A stretch of 26,678 nt of DNA from a virus. Its lineage: Duplodnaviria; Caudoviricetes. The position numbers and the translations under genes are program-made. This document shows positions 15,908 through 23,123 of the stretch, one piece after another. Location of the stretch: positions 1-26,678 of IMG/VR virus record IMGVR_UViG_3300049190_000011, one strand, 5' to 3'. The stretch's first letter is position 1. Each line of letters opens with the position of its first letter. The notes beneath the pieces are model-generated. The model saw only the letters and a list, made by a program, of their open reading frames with translations, was not told the origin of the DNA and did no database searches.

Positions 15908-16767
15908 CAATGCGAGCCCTTCGGCATGGCGTGGAGCATACCCCTGGCAGTCTCACTCGCCTCAGCCCAGCCGGTCAACCCGTGCCTGATCTCGTCAATA
16001 TCATTGAACAGAGGATAGTGGCCATTCAGGTGTGATTTGTGCTTGCAGAGCACCGTCTCCACCTCCTGCAAGCCAACAGGGCGCTCGTGATGGGGTGGAG
16101 CCGTGAAGCCCTTGAAGTGGTCGGTGAGGTGAGCGACCACCTCGTTAATCACGAGCTCTTGGTCCTTGGGCTTGGCGTTCTCCGGGAGACCCATCTTCCA
16201 ACGCCAGAACATTAAGGCTGACTTGACAGGGTCATCGAACATGAAGACCGCAGCCTGGTCGAAGTCCACCCCGACAATGCCCAGGCGGTCGAGCATGTCG
16301 CAGACCTTGAAGCTGATCCAGGGTCCGAACAGAGGGAGCTCCTTGGCGCGCCCTGCCACCAGGGCGTAGGGCAGCGGGCCCTCGCCAGCGGCGATCTCTT
16401 CCACCATCTGGTGCGGGTTGTCCATGAAGCGGCCCCAGAGCTTGGTGACCGCCTTGACGGCTGCCTCACCCCGGAAGTGCCGCCGCTCGCTGCCCCTGGG
16501 CCACCGGCCGCCATCGGGGGCCTCGGTCTCGTTCTTGGCGGCGATGCTCATGCGCTGCCAGAATTCCTTGCCACCGGCTTCGCTGATGTAGGAGGCCGCG
16601 CCGCAATGGTAGAAGCACCAATAGGCGATGAGCCAGCGGTCCCGCTGCTCAGCGTCCATCCACTCCATCTTGCTCAACGCAATGTAGACCGGGTCAAGGT
16701 CCCCGGTCTCGAGAAGGCGTGCCCCGAATTCATAGATGTCGAGGCGAGGGTAATTTCGTCCGGCCAT
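15907..16767 (-). CDS. amino acid:DNA transferase (aGPT-Pplase2)
   Basis: ATG 16767 after AGAAAGGGAG; LLETGDLDPVY, RWLIAYWCFYHCG, WPRGSERRHFRG, FGPWISFKVCDMLDR, QEVETVLCK.KSH.NGHY. Confidence 0.85.
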   Translation of the reverse strand: MAGRNYPRLDIYEFGARLLETGDLDPVYIALSKMEWMDAEQRDRWLIAYWCFYHCGAASYISEAGGKEFWQRMSIAAKNETEAPDGGRWPRGSERRHFRGEAAVKAVTKLWGRFMDNPHQMVEEIAAGEGPLPYALVAGRAKELPLFGPWISFKVCDMLDRLGIVGVDFDQAAVFMFDDPVKSALMFWRWKMGLPENAKPKDQELVINEVVAHLTDHFKGFTAPPHHERPVGLQEVETVLCKHKSHLNGHYPLFNDIDEIRHGLTGWAEASETARGMLHAMPKGSH

Positions 16768-16776
16768 GTGTGCTCC

Positions 16777-16815
16777 CTTTCTGCTCCCGACCGTCGCGCG
16801 GCCGGGAGCAGAAGG
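16777..16815 (-). promoter_or_regulatory. stem-loop abutting the RBS of the first modification gene
   Basis: Minus strand TTCTGCTCCCG-G-CCG-cgcga-CGG-T-CGGGAGCAGAA running into AGGGAG. Confidence 0.55.
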
Positions 16816-16822
16816 CAATCGC

Positions 16823-17377
16823 TTACTTGTGGATGGTGATGCGGCCGTCCGCATCCTGCTTCATGCCGTAGCCGACATAGTAGTGCAGGAGACGAATGCC
16901 TTCATAGCAGGTCTTCTTGGCGACTTCCGGGTCCATACCCTTCTTCGAGCCCCAGGTCGCAGCCAGTGCCTCGTCGAAGGTCGCACCCGGCTTGGTGGAG
17001 AAGAGCTCGACCAGCTTGGCGCGGAAGGTGCCGGGGCGAACCGCCTTGATCTCGTCACCGGCCGGGAATACGAAGCGCATGCCGCGCGGCTTGCGGGTCC
17101 TCTTCTCGTCCTTGGGAGCAGGGGCGGTCTTGCCCTTGTCGTCGGCTCCGAGGCTCTCGTCGTTCGCCTGGTCGTAGGCTTCCAGCGCCGCCCAAGTCCG
17201 CTTGATAGCCGTCTTGGTGTCGGCGAAACGCTTGGTGGTGCTGAGGCCGAGGTTGGACCGAACCAGGTTGTGGAGCTCGACCAGCTGTGCGCCGGTCAGC
17301 TGGTCCAGGAACAGGTCTGCACCGTTCTCAGCGGCGGTGCGGGTTTGGGCATAGGTCTTGCCGAGGAACTTGATCAT
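16823..17377 (-). CDS. two-domain basic protein with possible winged-helix (DUF3489-like) C-terminus
   Basis: ATG 17377 after AGAAAAGGAG; low-complexity linker; GTFRAKLVELF...GATFDEALAATW. Confidence 0.6.
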   Translation of the reverse strand: MIKFLGKTYAQTRTAAENGADLFLDQLTGAQLVELHNLVRSNLGLSTTKRFADTKTAIKRTWAALEAYDQANDESLGADDKGKTAPAPKDEKRTRKPRGMRFVFPAGDEIKAVRPGTFRAKLVELFSTKPGATFDEALAATWGSKKGMDPEVAKKTCYEGIRLLHYYVGYGMKQDADGRITIHK

Positions 17378-17412
17378 GGGTAGTCTCCTTTTCTGTGTTG
17401 GCACTTTCTAGC

Positions 17413-17504
17413 CACCGCTGGCCCTGACTTCATCGACTGTTCACCAAGCATTTATATCCCGCCTCCTGGATTGCGGCCTGGTCTCCCTCAGGTGACCAGC
17501 GGTG
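17413..17504 (-). ncRNA. candidate structured RNA or 5' leader (~92 nt)
   Basis: Terminal stem CACCGCUGGU/GCCAGCGGUG continued by CCUGA/UCAGG; inner ACCAGGC/GCUUGGU; starts just after promoter-like copy B. Confidence 0.45.
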
Positions 17505-17505
17505 T

Positions 17506-17547
17506 TGAGAGACCCTATCTCTCACGCTGCAACAGAAGACAACCCCC
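17506..17547 (-). promoter_or_regulatory. putative phage promoter, copy B
   Basis: GGGGG-TTGTCTTCTG-N13-GATAGG-N3-TCTCA preceded by AAAATA; same layout as 3957-3998. Confidence 0.6.
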
Positions 17548-17914
17548 TATTTTGATCTGGCGTCATTTTCTGAGACCGTCCCTTCGCTGGACCGCGCGCC
17601 AGGTTCACGCCTTTGGGTACGAGCTCAGTGCAGTCGATGCACAAGGTCCCGTGGTCGCATCCATGATCGAGGTTCTGCCCAAGAGGGACGCGTAGGGTCG
17701 GTATCTTGCCAGCCAGGAACGCGGCGAAGACGTGAGCGCGCACCGTGTTGTGCTCGCTGTCCACCCAGAAGCTCCCGTAGGGCCCCGACCATGGCCGCTG
17801 CCCTCCCCGGCTCTTGGCTCCGGTCCAGACCCTGCAGCCGTCCGGTTTGTTCTCCAGGTATTGGAGGAAGCGGGCCTCCAGCTGCATCAGGTAGCAAGGG
17901 GTGAGCTCTGCCAC
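17522..17914 (-). CDS. HNH/His-Cys-box-like endonuclease, divergent
   Basis: RBS AGAAAAGGAG; GCRVWTGA...YGSF...RAH.FA...LDHGC....C...ELV...N. Confidence 0.65.
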   Translation of the reverse strand: MAELTPCYLMQLEARFLQYLENKPDGCRVWTGAKSRGGQRPWSGPYGSFWVDSEHNTVRAHVFAAFLAGKIPTLRVPLGQNLDHGCDHGTLCIDCTELVPKGVNLARGPAKGRSQKMTPDQNRGLSSVAA

Positions 17915-17928
17915 GGTGGTCTCCTTTT

Positions 17929-18270
17929 CTATACCTCAATCACTCGAATGCCAGCGCGCCGGGAGCGCCGCACCATGTCGGCTGTGCCCCGGCCACCTGG
18001 GAAGGCCACCACTAGGTCAGGCTGACCCTTGGTGAGCATCTCCTGATTGCGCCGGGGCCCTGCAGACAAGCCGAAACGGCTCCAGTCGGCCGGGTAGGCT
18101 TCCAGCCGGATGCCGCGCCTGAGGCCCCAGGCCTCACCTAGCTGGTCAGCGCCGCGCGCCGCGCCATGGATGATCGTGGTGATCGGCTGCTCGGCTCCCA
18201 CCTGCTGCAGAACCTGATCAACACGAGACTTGTTCTGATAGTCCCGGCCGCCACACACGAGCACCCTCAT
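17929..18270 (-). CDS. SLOG-superfamily protein (YspA/DUF2493-like)
   Basis: RVLVCGGRDY, IIHGAARGADQL, ADW...G.SAGPRRNQEML, VVAFPGGRGTADMV. Confidence 0.85.
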   Translation of the reverse strand: MRVLVCGGRDYQNKSRVDQVLQQVGAEQPITTIIHGAARGADQLGEAWGLRRGIRLEAYPADWSRFGLSAGPRRNQEMLTKGQPDLVVAFPGGRGTADMVRRSRRAGIRVIEV

Positions 18271-18530
18271 TTCCGCTTCTCCACACGGTAGCGTATCATG
18301 AAGCGGCCGTGGACCTTCACCTTCTTGAGATAGGGGTTGTTCGCGGGCCCGTCGAGCACCGGCTTGCCCTTAGCGTCCAAGGCATACTTGATCAGCCACC
18401 CTTCGGCTGTGTTGATCTCAACAACGTCTGTGACCAGCTGCTCCTGGACGATGTCCCATATCTCCAGGTCCATCCAGTCGTGTGGCGGACCACCCGCCAC
18501 CGCGTAGGTGGGGGCGGTCTTGAAGGTCAT
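18267..18530 (-). CDS. hypothetical protein (87 aa)
   Basis: ATGA overlaps at both ends; phage-like codon usage. Confidence 0.7.
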   Translation of the reverse strand: MTFKTAPTYAVAGGPPHDWMDLEIWDIVQEQLVTDVVEINTAEGWLIKYALDAKGKPVLDGPANNPYLKKVKVHGRFMIRYRVEKRK

Positions 18531-19759
18531 GCAGCGACGCTCATGCTGTGCTGGGAAACGTAAGCCTGGAGCTCGCTGTAGCCACCGACCAGTGTGCCGT
18601 TGTGGTACACTTGGGGGAAGGTCTTGTGCCCCTGGGCCTTGAACGCGGCGATGTCGTCCTCAGACACGTGCTCCTGAACCACCGGGGTAAAGCCCAGGGA
18701 GGTGAGGAGGTTCTTGGCGTCCACGCAGTGGGGGCAGCCTGGCTTGCTGAGCACCTGCCACTCTGAGGGCAGCACCCCGGCTTCCTCGAACATCGAGAAG
18801 GCGTCGTCCCAGCTGCCAGTGACCGAGGCCTTGGAATAGTCGGTGGCCTTGTTCTCGAAGAAGTTGACGTGCTCCTTGCCGCTGACCAGCACGTCCACCC
18901 ACGGCAGCGGGTTTTCAGCGATGTTGTAGAGCGGCTCCAGCCCCAGCTGCCCCAGGCGGCGATCGGCGATGTAGCGGATGTAGGTCTTCACCTCGTCAGG
19001 GGTGAGCCCTTCGATATCGGCCTCGCCATAGGCCAGGTCGATGAAGCGGTCTTCCATGTGGACCATGCGGTCGCAGTCCTGGTAGATGCGGTTGCGGAGC
19101 TCGGTGGTCCACAGGCCGGGGTGCTCGTCCAGCAGAGCGTGGAACACCTTGACCATGGACGCCACGTGGTGGCTCTCGTCGCGGATGGACCAGCTGATGA
19201 CCTGCCCCATGCCCTTCATCTTGCCGAAGCGGGTGAAGTTGAGCAGGATGACGAAGCTAGCGAACAGCTGCAGGCCTTCGCCGAAGGCGCTGAACACCGC
19301 GATGTCGCGCGCCAGCCCTTCCAGACCGTCGCCGCTCGCCTCGCACATCATCTCGTGCTTCTGGCGCATCTCGTCATATTCCATGAACGCTGCATACTCG
19401 GCTTCCGGGATGCCGAGCTCGTCGATCAGCGTCGAGTAGGCCTGGATGTGGACCCCTTCACGCGCGGCGATAGAGGCCATCATCATCCGGAGCTCGACCG
19501 GCTTGAACAGGGGCAGGTAGCGGTCGATGTAGCATTCGGCCACGTCGACGTCGGCCTGGGTGAAGAAGCGGAACACCTGGGTGAGCAGGTTGCGCTCGTC
19601 GTCGTTGAGCTTGGCCTTCCAGTCCTGCACGTCGACGTTCAGCGGCACCTCGCGCACCAGCCAGTGCATCTGCTCGCTCTCGACGAAGGCCTGATACGCC
19701 CACGGGAACCAGAATGGCTTGTAGGCGGTGCGCTTGGTGAACAGGGATGGAGTTTGCAT
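18527..19759 (-). CDS. nrdB: class Ia ribonucleotide reductase beta subunit with C-terminal glutaredoxin domain
   Basis: Metal ligands QADVDV, EGVH (radical Tyr in HIQAY), EGLQLF, DESHH; tail NFFENKATDY; then SKPGCPHC...TFPQV...VGGY. Confidence 0.93.
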   Translation of the reverse strand: MQTPSLFTKRTAYKPFWFPWAYQAFVESEQMHWLVREVPLNVDVQDWKAKLNDDERNLLTQVFRFFTQADVDVAECYIDRYLPLFKPVELRMMMASIAAREGVHIQAYSTLIDELGIPEAEYAAFMEYDEMRQKHEMMCEASGDGLEGLARDIAVFSAFGEGLQLFASFVILLNFTRFGKMKGMGQVISWSIRDESHHVASMVKVFHALLDEHPGLWTTELRNRIYQDCDRMVHMEDRFIDLAYGEADIEGLTPDEVKTYIRYIADRRLGQLGLEPLYNIAENPLPWVDVLVSGKEHVNFFENKATDYSKASVTGSWDDAFSMFEEAGVLPSEWQVLSKPGCPHCVDAKNLLTSLGFTPVVQEHVSEDDIAAFKAQGHKTFPQVYHNGTLVGGYSELQAYVSQHSMSVAA

Positions 19760-19761
19760 TG

Positions 19762-21513
19762 TCAGGCCTCGCATGCTGTGCAGTCGCTTTCACCTGGCGC
19801 TGGCGCGCGGGTGGGCTGACTGAGGTTGGTGCCCACAGCCTCGGTCCGCCGGACACTGCTGGAGCGAAGGTAGTAGAGGGCCTTGAGGCCGCCCTCCCAG
19901 GCGCGGAAGTGGAGCCGGTTGAGCTCGGCAGGGCTGACCGTCGGGGGCAGCGCCAGGTTGAAGCTCTGCCCCTGGCAGATGAATGGCTGACGGTCAATGG
20001 CCTGTTCCATGATGGCCATCTGGTCGTGCTCGACGTGCGTCCGGAACACCCGCTTCTGCTCCGGGGTGAGCCAGTCCAGATGCTGGACCGAGCCATCATG
20101 GGTGAGGATGCTCGACCACACCCCCGGCTTGTCGCGGTCCAGGGAGCGCAGGAGCGTCTGCAGCGCCGGGTTGCGCACCTCCTGGGTGCCGCTCAGCGTC
20201 TTCTGGGCAAAGGCATTGGCCGCCATCGGTTCGGTCGACGGGGAGACCCCGCCACAGATGAGCGAGCTCGTAGCGTTGGGGGCGATGGCCATGCGGTGGG
20301 CGTGACGCAGGCCGGTACCGGCCATGTCTGGCGCTTCGCCGCGTTCGGCTCCGAGCCGTAGCGAGGCGCGCTTGGCCAGCTGGCTGATCGTGCCATAAAG
20401 GCTGAGGTTCAGGCGGCGCGCTTCCGGGTCTTCCATGGAGAGACCGCGCTGCTGGAGGAAGGTGTGCCAGCCGAGTGACCCCAGCCCAATCGACCGCTCC
20501 CTCTGGGCCGAATTGACCGCGCGCCACATGCCTTCCGGGGCCTGCTCGATGAACACGTCCAGCGTGTTGTCGAGCATGGTGACCAGGTCGTCGATGAACT
20601 GCTCGGCCACCGGGGCCCATTCATCGTACTTCGCCATGTTCAGTGAGCTCAGGCAGCACACGGCCGTCCGGTCGGGAGCGGTGGGCAGCATGACCTCAGT
20701 GCAGAGGTTGGAGTGGTGGACCCGCAAGCCCAGGGAGCGGAGCGGCTCTGGGAGCGCGCGGTTGGCCGTGTCAGAGAAGAACAGGTAGGGCTCGCCGGTC
20801 TGCACCCGCTTGAGCAGCAGCCGCATCCACAGCTGGCGCGCGTCGAGCGTGGCCTTGGCGATGCCGCTGTTGGGGTCGACCAGGGTCCACGGCTTGCTGT
20901 GCTTCACCGCCAACATGAAGTCATCGCTGATGCAGACCCCGTGGTGGGTGTTCTCGTTCTTGCGATGGACGTCGCCCCCGGTCGGGGTGCGCATCTCGAT
21001 GAATTCGACCACCTCAGGGTGGCTGATGTCGATGTAGGCGGCTCCAGCGCCGCGCCGCGTCCGGCCTTGGTGGTAGGCCAGCAGCTGGCTGTCCATGACG
21101 TGGAGGAAGGGCATGAGGCCGGGGGTCTCGACACCCTTGGACGTCTTCTCACCGACCGAGCGCACGTGGCCCCAATAGGTGCCGATGCCGCCGCCGTTGG
21201 TGGAGAGATAGGCGTTCTCAGTGAAGTTGGCCGCCAGGCCGGTGATGCTGTCGTCGACGTAGTTGAGGAAGCAGCTGATGGGGAGACCGTTGGGGGTGCC
21301 GCCGTTCGAGATGAGCGGGGTGGCGTAGCTGAACCACAGCTTGGAGGAATACTCGTAGAGCCGCTGAGCGAGCTCCGGGTCACCGCCGCTGAACGCCTGG
21401 CTGGCGCGGGCGAAGACGTCCTGAGGGCCCTCCCCGGCCTGACAATATCGCTCCTCCAGCGTTATCCGTCCCAACGTGGTGAGCAATTCGTCACGGCCGT
21501 AATCAATTCTCAT
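19762..21513 (-). CDS. nrdA: class I ribonucleotide reductase alpha subunit, no ATP cone
   Basis: ATG 21513 (MRIDYGRD); ATP.ISN.G, ISCF, GEPY, SNLCTE, IAPNATSS, LYYLRS, C-terminal CTAC. Confidence 0.95.
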   Translation of the reverse strand: MRIDYGRDELLTTLGRITLEERYCQAGEGPQDVFARASQAFSGGDPELAQRLYEYSSKLWFSYATPLISNGGTPNGLPISCFLNYVDDSITGLAANFTENAYLSTNGGGIGTYWGHVRSVGEKTSKGVETPGLMPFLHVMDSQLLAYHQGRTRRGAGAAYIDISHPEVVEFIEMRTPTGGDVHRKNENTHHGVCISDDFMLAVKHSKPWTLVDPNSGIAKATLDARQLWMRLLLKRVQTGEPYLFFSDTANRALPEPLRSLGLRVHHSNLCTEVMLPTAPDRTAVCCLSSLNMAKYDEWAPVAEQFIDDLVTMLDNTLDVFIEQAPEGMWRAVNSAQRERSIGLGSLGWHTFLQQRGLSMEDPEARRLNLSLYGTISQLAKRASLRLGAERGEAPDMAGTGLRHAHRMAIAPNATSSLICGGVSPSTEPMAANAFAQKTLSGTQEVRNPALQTLLRSLDRDKPGVWSSILTHDGSVQHLDWLTPEQKRVFRTHVEHDQMAIMEQAIDRQPFICQGQSFNLALPPTVSPAELNRLHFRAWEGGLKALYYLRSSSVRRTEAVGTNLSQPTRAPAPGESDCTACEA

Positions 21514-21745
21514 GGTTCTGTGTCCCTTCCCCGTCGCTGGCGGCAAGGCTCCCACCATGCCCCGGTATGGGCAAGGTGCCAATGGTGTCCTCCAGCATCT
21601 TTGTCGCTAACTTGAGTTGCTCGACTGCCTCGACCAGCGAAGCCCTATTTACTCGCTTCCGTACGAGCGCCGTACACACCGGACCCGCCCCGCCTTGGAG
21701 GATGATACAGTGAATTTCACCAAGGCGCTTCTCCAAGTCACTCAC
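21503..21745 (-). CDS. hypothetical protein (80 aa)
   Basis: GTGA overlap with the helicase stop; somewhat AT-richer codons. Confidence 0.5.
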   Translation of the reverse strand: MSDLEKRLGEIHCIILQGGAGPVCTALVRKRVNRASLVEAVEQLKLATKMLEDTIGTLPIPGHGGSLAASDGEGTQNHEN

Positions 21746-23013
21746 ATCTTGACCACTGTCAGGTTCTCAGCCGCGCGGGTGATGCCTGTATAGAGCCAGC
21801 GGTCCCGGTCCTGCCGGAAGCAGTAGGCCTCGTCGAACAGCATGACATCATCCCACTGCGAGCCCTGGGCCTTGTGGACGGTCATGGCGTAGCCGTAGTC
21901 GAATTCCTCGACCTCCTTGCGCTCCCACCAGGGTAGGCTCTCGTCGCGGCCCTCGAAGTAGTGCGTGTGGGCCTCCACCTCCAGCTGGGTGCCAGCGTTG
22001 CCCTCCAGGTCACTCTCGGCTTCGACGGTCATGTAGACGCGGTCTTCGGTGATGGCCCCGACGCCCTCCACGTACCAGAGCGCGCCGTTCAGCAGGCCCT
22101 TCTCGTGATTGTTGCGCAGGCAGACGAGCTTGTCGCCGACCACCGGGTAGTCGTTGCTGGAGATGGCCTTCAATTGGCGCATGCGCCGGTTGCTGGAGTG
22201 ACGGGTCTTGTTCCGGCCGACCAGCAGCTGGTCCGCCTTCATCGCCTGCTCTGGGCTTAGGTCCCGCTGCTCGATCACCTGACAATTGCCGTAGGTGCCC
22301 AGGGAGAGGCGGTTGCCCTCGCGCACCTGGGTGGCCATCGCGATGATGGGGCTCTCGGCCGCCTGGCGGTGAATTTCGGTCAGCATCACATCCGGCTTGA
22401 CCCCTTCGGTGAAGAAGCCGCCACCACCGACCGGGGGCAGCTGGGCAGGGTCGCCCAGGACGAGCACCTTGGTGCCGAAGCTGAGCAGGTCTTCGCCCAT
22501 GCGGCCGTCGACCATGGAGCACTCGTCGATCACCACCAGGTCCACGTCCTTGACGGGGCTCTCGTCGTTGAGGGTGAAGCTGGGGCGGCTGAGCGCCTTG
22601 CGCTCGCGCTCGACCTGCTCTCGCAGGTCCCTCACACGGCGATTGTTATTGAACACCTCAGTGAGCTCGGCCGCGCTGAGGTGCGAGCCTGCCTCCTGGC
22701 GGAGCTCGATCAGCAGCGCCGCTAACATCGCCTCGATCTCCTTGAGGCGCGCCTTCCCCTTCTCCTTGGTGTGGTAGATCATGGAGTGGATGGTGCTGGC
22801 GTTGGGGCAGCCCTTCTGCCTCAGGACATAGGCGGCCTTGCCGGTGTAGGCCCCAAACAGCACGTCATCCACGCCTTCGGTGAAGTGCTTGGCGAGCGTG
22901 GTCTTGCCGGTCCCAGCGTAGCCGAACAGGCGGAACACCTGGCGACTAGGGTCTCGGCAAAATTCATCTACTGCCTTGAGAGCAGCGTCTTGTTGGGGTG
23001 ACCAGGTCGGCAC
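21742..23013 (-). CDS. RecD/Dda-like SF1B helicase
   Basis: GYAGTGKT, AYTGKAA, STIHS, VIDECSM, GDPAQLPPV, LTEIHRQ, YAMTVHKAQGSQW, LYTGITRA. Confidence 0.92.
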   Translation of the reverse strand: MPTWSPQQDAALKAVDEFCRDPSRQVFRLFGYAGTGKTTLAKHFTEGVDDVLFGAYTGKAAYVLRQKGCPNASTIHSMIYHTKEKGKARLKEIEAMLAALLIELRQEAGSHLSAAELTEVFNNNRRVRDLREQVERERKALSRPSFTLNDESPVKDVDLVVIDECSMVDGRMGEDLLSFGTKVLVLGDPAQLPPVGGGGFFTEGVKPDVMLTEIHRQAAESPIIAMATQVREGNRLSLGTYGNCQVIEQRDLSPEQAMKADQLLVGRNKTRHSSNRRMRQLKAISSNDYPVVGDKLVCLRNNHEKGLLNGALWYVEGVGAITEDRVYMTVEAESDLEGNAGTQLEVEAHTHYFEGRDESLPWWERKEVEEFDYGYAMTVHKAQGSQWDDVMLFDEAYCFRQDRDRWLYTGITRAAENLTVVKM

Positions 23014-23036
23014 ATAAGGCTCCGGTTTCTAGAGCG

Positions 23037-23080
23037 GAAAAGGGTGTCAGGGGAGACCGGGGGCATTGGTCTCCCCTGAC
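23037..23080 (-). terminator. 13-bp hairpin with short U tract, possible intrinsic terminator or processing site
   Basis: GTCAGGGGAGACC-N9-GGTCTCCCCTGAC (23046-23080) followed on the minus strand by ACCCTTTT. Confidence 0.55.
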
Positions 23081-23123
23081 GACGAAGCAGCGGCAACAGG
23101 GGGAAACCGCCGCCCCGATCAGG

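Noticed and set aside
17413-17504. Hammerhead ribozyme or tRNA in the structured intergenic region
   Set aside because: No CUGAnGA/GAAA core in the right arrangement and no cloverleaf or T-loop; kept only as an unclassified structured RNA candidate.
17929-18270. SLOG protein as part of a Thoeris-like defence system
   Set aside because: Stand-alone YspA/DUF2493-type gene, common in phage nucleotide-metabolism regions; no TIR, SIR2 or effector partner nearby.
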